A stretch of 28,303 bases of DNA, from NCBI GenBank assembly GCA_913020725.1, contig CAJWCD010000032.1, positions 1 to 28,303 of the forward strand. Direction: 5' to 3'. The position numbers and the translations under genes were made by a program. The notes beneath the pieces were generated by a model. The model saw nothing but the letters and a program-made list of their open reading frames with translations. It did not search any database and was not told the origin of the DNA. The stretch comes from an uncultured Pseudomonadota bacterium. GTDB taxonomy: Bacteria > SAR324 > NAC60-12. Positions 19,808 to 28,303 of this stretch are shown here, piece by piece; within the stretch, counting starts at the first letter, position 1; every line of letters begins with the position of its first letter.

Positions 19808-20786
19808 GCTGAACTCAACCTTTCCCACTTTGAAGGTGCTGGGTTGGCTCGCAGTGATCCTCACGCTCATCACGGGGGCGTACCTGCTTGGCCCGCAGGT
19901 GGAGGTGGACGAAGCTGTAAAAACCCCAGAACTTCCAAAAAACCTCAACTCCTACCTCTGGGTTACAGAATCGCAGTACGCACTGCGCCCGGGCACCGAG
20001 AAGAAGATCGTCTGGAGCAACCCCCGCGCCCCGCAAATCACGCCCTACTCGGTCGTGTACCTGCACGGCTTCTCTGCGAGTCGTCAGGAGATCGACCCCT
20101 TCTGCGAGCAGCTTGCCTTTGAACTGCGGGCGAACCTCTTTCTGACACGACTTGCTGGACATGGACGGGATGCCGAGGCGATGGCGGAACCGGAGGTGAA
20201 GGACTGGCTACAGGATGCTCTGGAAGCCTATGCGATTGGAGAACGCCTTGGCCGCAAGGTGATCGTGGTGGGCACCTCCACTGGAGCCACCCTCGCGCTC
20301 TGGCTCGCCCTGCGCGAGGAGGCCAAGAACCTACAGGCCCTTGTGCTGCTTTCCCCGAATTTCAGCCCGCGCAACAAACTCGCCGGCTTGACGGCAGGAC
20401 CGTGGGGTGATCAGATCATGCGGCTGTTCGTGGGCACTCACCGGGAGTTCATGCCGGAAAGTCCCGAACACGCCCGAGGCTGGACCACCCGTTACCGCTC
20501 CGAGGCCATTCCCACCCTGATGGGACTCGTCAAGCTGGTGGAACGGCTCAAGCTGAAAAAACTGACCACCCCAACCTTCATGGCCTACTCTCCCAACGAC
20601 AAGGTGGTGGATGTCTCTCGCATCGAACAGCGCTTTGCAGAATTGGGAGCCTTGCTGAAGGTCTTGGTGTCCTACGATGAACCGGGGGATCCCTCCTACC
20701 ATGTGCTGGCAGGACGCATCCTTTCTCCCCGCAACACTGAAGCTCTGCTTGCGGATGTTACTCAATTTCTCAGAAAGCTCGAGTGA
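19779..20786 (+). CDS. Membrane-anchored alpha/beta hydrolase (esterase/lysophospholipase-like)
   Basis: N-terminal TM helix, YLHGFSAS, GTSTG nucleophile elbow, DKVV and HVLAG. The true start may lie slightly downstream. Confidence 0.87.
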   Translation: MYHEKLPETKLNSTFPTLKVLGWLAVILTLITGAYLLGPQVEVDEAVKTPELPKNLNSYLWVTESQYALRPGTEKKIVWSNPRAPQITPYSVVYLHGFSASRQEIDPFCEQLAFELRANLFLTRLAGHGRDAEAMAEPEVKDWLQDALEAYAIGERLGRKVIVVGTSTGATLALWLALREEAKNLQALVLLSPNFSPRNKLAGLTAGPWGDQIMRLFVGTHREFMPESPEHARGWTTRYRSEAIPTLMGLVKLVERLKLKKLTTPTFMAYSPNDKVVDVSRIEQRFAELGALLKVLVSYDEPGDPSYHVLAGRILSPRNTEALLADVTQFLRKLE

Positions 20787-21604
20787 TGACCCAAGCTGTG
20801 GACCGCTGGCGTGAGGTGGCCGAGCAACTGGCAGACCTCGCTCGCAAAACCGTGCGCCCCTACTTTCGCAGTGGCTTGAGCGTGGAGGCAAAAGGCACGG
20901 CAGGCTTCGATCCTGTCACCGAGGCGGATCGTCAGACAGAAACCGTGATGCGCGAACGGCTCGAGGTCGTGTTTCCAGAACATGGCATCATCGGCGAGGA
21001 ACACGGGAAACTGCGTCCGGAGAGTCGCTGGCAGTGGGTGCTGGACCCGATTGACGGCACCCGCGCCTTCATCATGGGCAGTCCGCTGTTCGGCACACTG
21101 ATCGCGCTCTTGGAAGACGGCGAACCACTGGTCGGCGTGATTGAGGCTTCGGTGCAGGGTGAACGCTGGATCGGGGTCCGGGGGCAGGGGACAAGCTACG
21201 TCCGGGAGTATCCGGAACCGTTAAACCTCCAATTGCAGACTTCCCAAACCACCGAACTCGGGCAAGCACTCATTGGTTCCACCGACCCTTCGATGTTTTC
21301 CGGAGCGCAGTGGGAGCGGGTGCAGAGGCTTTACGAAAAAACACGGATGCGTCGCTATGGCGGGGATTGCTACCTGTACGGAATGCTGGCGCTGGGCTGC
21401 GTGGACGTGGTCGTGGAAGCGGATTTGGCGTCTTACGATGTGATGGCGCTCATCCCCGTGGTGCAGGAAGCCGGAGGGGTGGTGACGGACTGGTCCGGAA
21501 ACACCGTGACGCTCGACTGGGACGGCACCCTGCTTGCCAGCGCCAACCCCGCCCTGCACGAACAGGCCCTCGCGGCCCTCAAGGGAGCATCACACTTGGG
21601 TTGA
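20786..21604 (+). CDS. hisN: Histidinol-phosphate phosphatase (inositol monophosphatase family)
   Basis: FDPVTEADR, GEEHG, WVLDPIDGTRAFI.G.PLFGTLIAL, RRYGGDCYLY and YDVMALIPVV.EAGG motifs. Confidence 0.85.
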   Translation: MTQAVDRWREVAEQLADLARKTVRPYFRSGLSVEAKGTAGFDPVTEADRQTETVMRERLEVVFPEHGIIGEEHGKLRPESRWQWVLDPIDGTRAFIMGSPLFGTLIALLEDGEPLVGVIEASVQGERWIGVRGQGTSYVREYPEPLNLQLQTSQTTELGQALIGSTDPSMFSGAQWERVQRLYEKTRMRRYGGDCYLYGMLALGCVDVVVEADLASYDVMALIPVVQEAGGVVTDWSGNTVTLDWDGTLLASANPALHEQALAALKGASHLG

Positions 21605-21665
21605 CGGTTCCAACAAGTTGCCGTAAGGTGAGGGCATAAAGTTCCATGCTCTCTGACGAGACCCC

Positions 21666-22583
21666 ATGCGCTTACTCCTTTTCTGCCTGTTCCTGCTCCT
21701 GCCGACCCTGACTCTGGGGCAGTCGGCTTGCTACCTCTTTGTCGGGGGAGAGCTTGGCGGCAACTCTTCCAAAATAGACTCCATCATCCGACCCCTGCTG
21801 GCCGCCTTCGTGGCTCCCCTGAAACAACTTCCAGCCGCAGGAATCTCTGAATCCAAACTGGCGTCCTCCTGCTTTTATGAGGTTTCACTGCTGTCCTCCG
21901 AAAACGGACTCGATCTCTCGATCACTGGCCAGCGCACTCCGGTTTCCCTGAACGGGGCTTCACACTCCAAACGTCCCTTTCCCGACAATGTGCGGCACGC
22001 CACGCTGCGGATTCTCCACAAGGAGTTGTCACAACCACAGAAAGATCAGATTTGTCGGAAGTATGGAGAGTTGTTGGTTGAGGAGTGTCCTCAGACTCAA
22101 AGATTGATCCTTGTTTTCAGGGAGAAACGTGATTCAGAACGAGAGTCCTTGTCCAAGGAACCAAGAACCATCCTCAGTTCAGAACTGGAGTCCCTGTTCG
22201 AGGAACTGGATTCCATCGAGTTCCTTGGAGTCTCCAAGGTCATGTCTGGAATTTCCTTCCAGCAAGCCCTTGGCAAGACCATGAACGAAAGGGGTTCCAA
22301 CGCCAGTCTGGTCATTTCCACGGACTGGGAGTTCCAAAAACAACAGACCAGTATGTGGAAGGGTCTGGTATCAATGACCGTCACAATGGAATCCTACTCT
22401 TTGAAAGATGGTGAGGCGATCAAAAAGGGAAGTTACTCCGTTGATCCTCAAAAGGTTCCCATTCGCAAGTGGGGAAAGTCCCAATCCTTCAAGAGGAAGA
22501 GTCTCCTGAAAATCTCAAAGAAGGTCACTCAGAAGTGGTCTGAAGAAGAGATCCGGGAGTTCCTCCAAGCAACCGACACTTGA
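21666..22583 (+). CDS. Secreted hypothetical protein
   Basis: 305-aa ORF with signal peptide MRLLLFCLFLLLPTLTLG. Four Cys in the mature N-terminal half. No family recognised. Confidence 0.75.
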   Translation: MRLLLFCLFLLLPTLTLGQSACYLFVGGELGGNSSKIDSIIRPLLAAFVAPLKQLPAAGISESKLASSCFYEVSLLSSENGLDLSITGQRTPVSLNGASHSKRPFPDNVRHATLRILHKELSQPQKDQICRKYGELLVEECPQTQRLILVFREKRDSERESLSKEPRTILSSELESLFEELDSIEFLGVSKVMSGISFQQALGKTMNERGSNASLVISTDWEFQKQQTSMWKGLVSMTVTMESYSLKDGEAIKKGSYSVDPQKVPIRKWGKSQSFKRKSLLKISKKVTQKWSEEEIREFLQATDT

Positions 22584-22593
22584 GTGCAACACC

Positions 22594-23064
22594 ATGAGAT
22601 TCGTTAAACTCCTCGTATTCCTGCTGGTCTTCCTTGGCGCGGTTGAAACTCCGTTTGGAAAAGACGCTCCTAGTTTCTGGATAAAGAACCTTGAAAGGCA
22701 GCGGTTCGACTCCAGAAAACAGGACCAACCCTACGTCCTGAGCTTCTTCTTTGTACACTGTGTCCCCTGTATCAAGGAAATACCAGCACTTTATAAATTG
22801 ATGAAATCAGAATTCCCTGAGACTCCCCTCCTCTTCATTGATCCGGTCAAGGAGGATTCAAAAAGAGACATTGTGAAGTTCTCCAAAAAACTGAAGGTTC
22901 CCCGGTCCTATTTCTACAGAGACAATTTCGGTTCCGTGTCCAAAAAATTCTTTGCCGGAAAAATTGCCTTCCCAACAATCATCGGAATTAGAGATAAGGA
23001 ATTCAAATTTCAAAGCAACAAATTTGATGATGAAACTGCTTCAATGATTATAAATCTAAATTAG
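22594..23064 (+). CDS. TlpA/redoxin-like thioredoxin-fold protein
   Basis: Signal/TM segment, VLSFFFVHCVPCIKEIP (CxxC) and a cis-Pro loop FPT. Confidence 0.82.
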   Translation: MRFVKLLVFLLVFLGAVETPFGKDAPSFWIKNLERQRFDSRKQDQPYVLSFFFVHCVPCIKEIPALYKLMKSEFPETPLLFIDPVKEDSKRDIVKFSKKLKVPRSYFYRDNFGSVSKKFFAGKIAFPTIIGIRDKEFKFQSNKFDDETASMIINLN

Positions 23065-23134
23065 TCACAAAAAACCGTCCTTGAAGAAGGCAGGGAGTTG
23101 TCTGCCATCTGACTTGCCCCTGCTCTCCTGATCC

Positions 23135-24403
23135 TCAAAGCGTCCAACTCACGCCAACCCGCAGTTGGTGCTTGGCAAAAGTCAACCCGGAGGTTTGGGA
23201 ACTGCGCTGAGTGCGGTGGAGTTCGCCGAACACTTGCCAGCCGGAATCCAGCACAAGCGCGGCTCCCACGCTGAGTTGCTGGCGGTCCACCGTCTTGCCC
23301 TCTGGGTAACTGCGGTGATTGCCCTGCAACTTCGCGGAATAAATCCACTCGGCGTCGGGGTGTTGCGTGGCAAGGCTCCACTCCTGTTCCGAACGGTCGT
23401 ATTGGGTATTTTGCAGATCGACTGCGGCCATCCGTCCTGCGAGTTCAAATTCCGAGGAAAACGCGGCAAACCCCACCCTGCTGCTGAAAGCCGTCACGCC
23501 GCCTTTCAGGTTGGCGTTTGCAAGTCCTTGTAGGCGTTGATGTTCGAGTTTGTTTTCAAACAGCAGGTGAAAGAATGGTTGATCCCAGCCCGCTTGCAGG
23601 GCATAGACCTGCTCTCCTGAAGACGCAAAGTAATTTTTCAGAAACGAAACTGTGCTACCCAACGACCAGCCGTAGCGGCTGGGGTAGCTCGTTTTCCACT
23701 CGTAGCCCAACAGGTAGTTGTCGCTATCGTGGTTGCGCAGTTGCGTTTTTTGGTACCAGTCCCGCATCCCCACCACCTGCACAGACCAGCGGTCGGTCGC
23801 GTTCAACTTGCGGACACGCTCCACTTGCCAAGCAAAGTGGCTGCGCCAATCCCCGGTTTTGGTCTGGGTGTCCGCCACCTCTGCCACATTGTCCTCATAC
23901 GCGACGGACGCCTGCACCTCGGCGTGGTACTCGACCGGATCGCCCCGGTAGCGTTTCACCTCATTGGTTTCCCGGAAGACCCGCAGGATGCGGGAGTGTT
24001 CTTGCTCCTGAGTCCGTACCCTCACCAAAATCTCGTTCTCCCCCGGATCAAGTTCAAGGGGGATGGTCAGGTCCAACTCAAGGCTTGGAACCTTGATGCG
24101 CTGTTGCTCTGCGTTGATCCAAACCTCCTTGATTGGAGCAAAGGCGGTGATCCGCAGGGTGAACTCCAGCTTTGCAGCCGAGCTTGTGGTATCCGTGAGG
24201 GGCACAATGAGGATTTGCGGCTCCATCCCTTCCGGAGCAACAGAACGGATCTCATCCCCACAAAGCTGCGCGATGGTCTGCGCACTGACCTGCTTGCGCG
24301 CCAAAACCGCGCGATCCTGAACGCCGCACTGCACCACGGCCCCTGCCGAGTTGGTCAGCAGCACGCCCACCACGCCAAGGCAAACCGTTAACTTCCGGAT
24401 CAC
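23135..24403 (-). CDS. Outer-membrane protein with an Ig-like N-terminal domain and a C-terminal beta-barrel
   Basis: Signal peptide, Ig-like IKEVWIN...LELDPGENEILVRVRT, barrel start VAYEDNV, amphipathic strands ending LRVGVSWTL. Confidence 0.65.
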   Translation of the reverse strand: MIRKLTVCLGVVGVLLTNSAGAVVQCGVQDRAVLARKQVSAQTIAQLCGDEIRSVAPEGMEPQILIVPLTDTTSSAAKLEFTLRITAFAPIKEVWINAEQQRIKVPSLELDLTIPLELDPGENEILVRVRTQEQEHSRILRVFRETNEVKRYRGDPVEYHAEVQASVAYEDNVAEVADTQTKTGDWRSHFAWQVERVRKLNATDRWSVQVVGMRDWYQKTQLRNHDSDNYLLGYEWKTSYPSRYGWSLGSTVSFLKNYFASSGEQVYALQAGWDQPFFHLLFENKLEHQRLQGLANANLKGGVTAFSSRVGFAAFSSEFELAGRMAAVDLQNTQYDRSEQEWSLATQHPDAEWIYSAKLQGNHRSYPEGKTVDRQQLSVGAALVLDSGWQVFGELHRTQRSSQTSGLTFAKHQLRVGVSWTL

Positions 24404-25209
24404 GGTGCCCCCTCGCTGGCCGTGCGGGCTTGATCCGTAGCCATGCCCCGCAGAATCGCAAAGGTCTCCTGCGCGTGATCCGCTGAGATCGCCAGCGCCG
24501 CTTGCGAATCCGCTTCAAGGTCTCCGAGCGGTGCAGCTTTGGGGAACAGAATTGCAGCCACGAAGTCTTCCGGATCGTCCTGAGCGCTCACCTTGTTCTG
24601 CACGAGTTTGGACACGGACACCGCCGGAGAAGGCGCGTAGCCCGCTTCCTGAAGCGAGGCTTGGGCCTTGGAAACCGCAACCGCCTGCTTGGGATGCGAG
24701 AGGGGCGTGAAGCGCACACTTCCGGAAACCACCAGCACGGCTATGCGGGAATCGGTGACGCCCACGATGAAATCGGCATTTCCGGACCCAAGACTGGCCC
24801 GCAGGCTTTGCACCTCCAGCCGTTGGCGTTGACTGGACGAGGAGGCGCCGCCACGAATCTTGAAACGGCCTTTGCCCGCCAACAGCCGCACCAAGCTGAG
24901 TTCCGGGGTCAGTTCTCCCAACTCCAAGTAGGACTGGGATTGCAGCACGACGGAGGCAGGATGCCCCCTCAGCTTGACCGTGACCACACTCTCTGCTCCT
25001 GTCCGGATGCGGTCGCCCGCCAGCATCGGCAGCACACTCCCGGCTTTGTGCAGCAGGCGCTCGCGCTTTGCGTTCTGCACCAGCACCACACCCTTTTCAA
25101 GGATGATGCGCCCCACCTGTGGGGGTTGCGCCCCGGATTGGAGGGGCAGGGCCAGCAAGAGCAAGCCCAGCAAGAATAATCGCAAAGGAGGTCGCATTCG
25201 TTGGTTCAT
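24400..25209 (-). CDS. Secreted FecR-domain protein
   Basis: Signal peptide, then VGRIILEKGVV, GDRIRTGAES, RLLAGK, and ADFIV...VLVVSGSVRF. Start at ATG 25209 or 25197; the ORF extends to 25275. Confidence 0.8.
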   Translation of the reverse strand: MNQRMRPPLRLFLLGLLLLALPLQSGAQPPQVGRIILEKGVVLVQNAKRERLLHKAGSVLPMLAGDRIRTGAESVVTVKLRGHPASVVLQSQSYLELGELTPELSLVRLLAGKGRFKIRGGASSSSQRQRLEVQSLRASLGSGNADFIVGVTDSRIAVLVVSGSVRFTPLSHPKQAVAVSKAQASLQEAGYAPSPAVSVSKLVQNKVSAQDDPEDFVAAILFPKAAPLGDLEADSQAALAISADHAQETFAILRGMATDQARTASEGAP

Positions 25210-25286
25210 GCCAAGGTCACAAGTGATTCGCACACCATGTCGAATTTTTGTGCAGGGAGCAAGTGGGGTTTCCATGACAAGTTGCT

Positions 25287-26172
25287 TCAGAAGCTCAACC
25301 CCAGCCCGAACAGCACCTGCGAAATCTGTCCGGAAAGCTCGTGGTTGATGGTGTAGGTGTAGCGCCGCCTGAGGTCGCGGTGGGTTTACCGTAACGGATG
25401 CTGCTCACCCGTGCGCCTGCAGTCCACTCGATACTGAAGCTGTCGAACTCCAGCGTTTCCCAGCCGTAGTAGAAGAAGCCGCTCTTGCCGCTGAACTGCT
25501 TGGTTTTGAAGGTCAATCCAAGGTAATCCACCTCAAGGCTACCCTCCGTGGACTGGCCGTCCAATCGTCAACCCGGCATCCTGATACTTCATGTTGAGCC
25601 GGTAGTTTGTCAAACCGGCAGCAGCATTGGCAATCCCGGACTTGAGAGTGTAGCGCATCTCGGTCGCTCCCGCCCCTAGCCAATGCCAGCTCACAAAGGC
25701 GCTGTACGGTTTTGTTTGGAAACTGTAACCACTGAACTTGCTCTCGCGTCCATAGTAAGCATCGTCAAATTTCGTGCCGTCTACGATTGGAATCAGAAAT
25801 TTGAGCCGCCACGTCTGTCCTTGCAGGTACTTGGGATTGCGGCTGCGTGGCCGGGTTTTCAACAACTGCAGAAGCAAATTCAAACGTCGCACCTCCAATC
25901 CGGTCGTGCGGGCATCAACGCTCGGAGCCTCGCACAGCATCGGCAGGGAGCAGCCCCGTTGAAAATTGGCAAGCAACCCTCCGGAAACCTCTGGAGCCAG
26001 TGGCGCACCCAAGACAATTGCAGAAGCCTCCGGACGCAGCAACGGCTCGGTTTGGGCACACCACGGCACCCCTCCTCCGAGCAGCAGCAACAGCAGTTCC
26101 AACGTTTTCCGCCTTAGTGGGATCCCGCCAAAAACCTCCGTGGCCTGATCACCCACGAAGCCTGGTTTCCAT
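25287..26172 (-). pseudogene. Outer-membrane beta-barrel-like protein, frameshifted
   Basis: ORF 26156-25539 shifts at ~25560 into ORF 25564-25295. It then shifts back at ~25360 to YTINHELSGQISQVLFGLGLSF* (stop 25287-25289), a beta-signal-type C-terminus. An ATG at 26172 with a GGAG RBS is also out of frame. Confidence 0.6.
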
Positions 26173-26219
26173 TCCGGAAGCTCCCTCAGCCTACAATTGA
26201 CCGAGTCTTCCCAATCTCT

Positions 26220-26246
26220 GCATCGGCTTGAATGAAAAAAACTTTA
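26220..26246 (-). promoter_or_regulatory. Sigma-28 (FliA) promoter driving the leftward beta-barrel/FecR operon
   Basis: Minus strand reads TAAAGTTT...: TAAA-N15-GCCGATGC. Confidence 0.72.
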
Positions 26247-26266
26247 GAGTGCTTGTCGAGAATTGT

Positions 26267-26293
26267 TAAAGAAAGTGAGGCACCTGCCGATAA
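26267..26293 (+). promoter_or_regulatory. Sigma-28 (FliA) promoter of flagellin
   Basis: Exact consensus TAAA-N15-GCCGATAA, ending 45 bp upstream of the flagellin ATG. Confidence 0.92.
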
Positions 26294-26338
26294 AGATACC
26301 GTGGGGATTGGACCTCATAGTGTTTTCTCATTGGACGA

Positions 26339-27952
26339 ATGCGAATTAGAAACAACCTCGCCTCGCTGAACACGCTGCGACACACCACCCGGAGTCAACA
26401 GGGGGTGCAGGACTCGATCGAACGTCTCAGTTCCGGGAGAGTGCTGAACCGTGGCAGTGATGGCCCCGCAGTACTGGTTGGGGCCGAAATCCTCAAGAAC
26501 CGCAAACTTGGGTTGGCGCAGGCGACAAAGAACATCGAAGCCCAAGTCAATCTGGTGCAGTCCGCCGAAAGCGGGCTGGGCGAGGTGGCGAAGCTGCTCA
26601 ACAAGATGAAGCAGTTGGCGGTGCATGCGGCCAACGAGGCAGTCAACGATGATCTCATGCGCAAGGCCGACCAGCTGGAGGTGGAGTACCTGCTAGGGTC
26701 GCTGGATCAGATTGCCAAAACCACGACCTACGACAGCATCAACGACCGCTTGCTGGACGGCAGCCGGGGGCATCGTGGGGTTGTGATGGGCGAGGGCTTG
26801 CGTTTCGTCGAGGCTCAGTCCAACACTCCAGCCTCGCCGCCCGCAGGCTTCGAGGTGGACATCCAAGCCCTTGCAGAACCCGCCAAGATGTTCGGATCCG
26901 CTCCCATCACCATGGACTTGCTGCGCGAGCCGATCACCCTGCTCATCACCGATGACAACCGCAACGTCAGCTTTGACACAGGCGCGGGTTATCTGGGGGA
27001 ATCCATCCGTGAAATCACCAAACACCATGAGGAAGACGCGGAACTCTACACCGCTGAAACCGCAAACCGCGATCTTCAGGAAGTCCTCGTCACCTACCTC
27101 AACAAGGCGTTTCTGGACAATCGTTTGGAGTTGGAGGCGGAAATCCTTGATGACGGACGACTGCTGGTGCAGCATCAGGAATATGGAGACCATGTCAGTT
27201 TCTATGTGAACGCCTCGGCTCCCGGACTGCTCACCGATGAGGCAGACGCCCCGACAATGGCCAACCCGGGCAAGGACATCAAGGGCACCATCGGCGGAGG
27301 CAGCGCCAACGGCAAAGGCAAGGTGCTGACCGCACGTCCGGGAACCCCGGCGCAAGGAGCAGCGGTCGCCTTTGATCTCGTGCCCGAAATTGTGGAGGTG
27401 TTGGTGCTGGACGAAAACGGCAACCAGGTGGGCGTTGAAAAATTCCAGCAGCGTCCGGATGAACTGATCGACAGTGCTGATAACCCCAAGATCGAGGGCT
27501 ACCTGCACCTCTCCCAGCAGTCCGTGAATTTCCAGCTAGGCGACAAGCGGGGTGATCACGAAAAATTCAGCTTTGCAGATGTCCGGGCCTCCTCGCTGGG
27601 CAAGGGCGTGGAGAACGTCAGCCGCTTTGCAAGTCTGGCCGACATTGACCTCACCGACGTCGAAGGAGCGCAGGACGCTGCCGAACTCGTTGACACCGCG
27701 ATTGATGAAATCGCCAACCTGCGGGCCGACCTGGGCGCGTTCCAAAAGCACACGCTGGAGCGCACCAAGACCGGCACGCAGATTTCCTCCGACCACAACC
27801 TCGCCGCCGAATCCCTCCTCCGCGACACCGACATGGCCGCCGAGATAGCTGAGATGACCAAGCATCAAATCCTGCTGCAATCCGGACAGTCCATGCTCTC
27901 GCAAGCCAACCAGAAACCCCGCAACGTCCTCCACCTCCTGCAAGCAGGGTGA
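26339..27952 (+). CDS. fliC: Flagellin
   Basis: MRIRNNLASLNT...IERLSSG...VQSAESGLGEV...MKQLAVHAAN N-terminus and AIDEIANLRADLGAFQ...AAES.LRDTDMAAEIAEMTKHQIL.QSG.SML.QANQ C-terminus. Confidence 0.95.
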   Translation: MRIRNNLASLNTLRHTTRSQQGVQDSIERLSSGRVLNRGSDGPAVLVGAEILKNRKLGLAQATKNIEAQVNLVQSAESGLGEVAKLLNKMKQLAVHAANEAVNDDLMRKADQLEVEYLLGSLDQIAKTTTYDSINDRLLDGSRGHRGVVMGEGLRFVEAQSNTPASPPAGFEVDIQALAEPAKMFGSAPITMDLLREPITLLITDDNRNVSFDTGAGYLGESIREITKHHEEDAELYTAETANRDLQEVLVTYLNKAFLDNRLELEAEILDDGRLLVQHQEYGDHVSFYVNASAPGLLTDEADAPTMANPGKDIKGTIGGGSANGKGKVLTARPGTPAQGAAVAFDLVPEIVEVLVLDENGNQVGVEKFQQRPDELIDSADNPKIEGYLHLSQQSVNFQLGDKRGDHEKFSFADVRASSLGKGVENVSRFASLADIDLTDVEGAQDAAELVDTAIDEIANLRADLGAFQKHTLERTKTGTQISSDHNLAAESLLRDTDMAAEIAEMTKHQILLQSGQSMLSQANQKPRNVLHLLQAG

Positions 27953-28078
27953 GCCAAAGAGCCTCTTCCCTGACCCTCAATCAATCCGCTCCGGACTTCG
28001 CGCTTCCGGACTAGGGCGGCATTTCCCGTTCGCTTGCCGAAATAGTTACCGCCGTCACCCACTCCAAACTTCTCCAAG

Positions 28079-28094
28079 TGGTACGCAACTTGAA
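28079..28094 (+). promoter_or_regulatory. Possible sigma-54 -24/-12 promoter
   Basis: TGGTACG-CAAC-TTGAA has correct spacing but GA instead of GC at -12. Confidence 0.3.
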
Positions 28095-28167
28095 AAAATA
28101 AAACAGGACACCCTCTGCAGGATGCCGTTCTGGAGCAGTCTCCACGGACTCAAGGCACCCTGCGTTT

Positions 28168-28303
28168 ATGCTTCTCAGTTTCCTCCATTTTCGTTGCCTT
28201 GGGCGGCTCTTGCTTGCAACAGCCCTCGGTTTTGTTTTCCTTTCCGGCTGTGGGCATCCTCTACCAGAGCGAGACGAGCAATTGATGGGCATTCCACAGA
28301 CTT
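28168..28303 (+). CDS. Lipoprotein, 5' end (runs off the window)
   Basis: MLLSFLHFRCLGRLLLATALGFVFLSGCGHP... has a hydrophobic core and an LSGC lipobox; the frame is open to the window edge. Confidence 0.6.
   Translation, partial: MLLSFLHFRCLGRLLLATALGFVFLSGCGHPLPERDEQLMGIPQT

Noticed and set aside
26301..26338. Repeated ATTGGAC/GGA in the flagellin leader as CsrA sites
   Set aside because: They do not match ANGGA and no convincing hairpins are visible.
27985..28019. GC-rich hairpin after flagellin as a terminator
   Set aside because: The stem is imperfect, mostly built from two TCCGGA palindromes, and there is no real U tract.

Overview
A bacterial chromosomal segment of roughly 55-58% GC (estimated by eye). 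Gene style suggests the marine SAR324 lineage, but that is an inference. Positions ~0.5-18.3 kb are a patchwork of catabolic modules separated by gene remnants. In order these are: (1) TauD dioxygenase, a decayed HinK-like LysR, an amidohydrolase and a beta-hydroxyacid dehydrogenase; (2) a PrpD-MaoC-acyl-CoA dehydrogenase-CoA transferase operon; (3) an HpaB-type monooxygenase + RidA + DUF1028 operon ending in a histamine-dehydrogenase-like fragment, resembling a variant histamine/imidazole-acetate pathway; (4) an xylX-like gene inserted cleanly into a DUF3782-like gene; (5) a DHPS/sulfolactate cluster, suyA-suyB-(TRAP remnant)-hpsN-hpsP. The right part holds an AI-2E transporter, an alpha/beta hydrolase, hisN, and a lower-GC secreted protein + redoxin pair. 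It ends with a beta-barrel/FecR/outer-membrane operon transcribed divergently from flagellin, with two back-to-back sigma-28 promoters in between. The palindrome TCCGGA is strongly over-represented. No rRNA, tRNA, CRISPR array or transposase was seen. Family assignments rest on motif recognition from memory, not on database searches.
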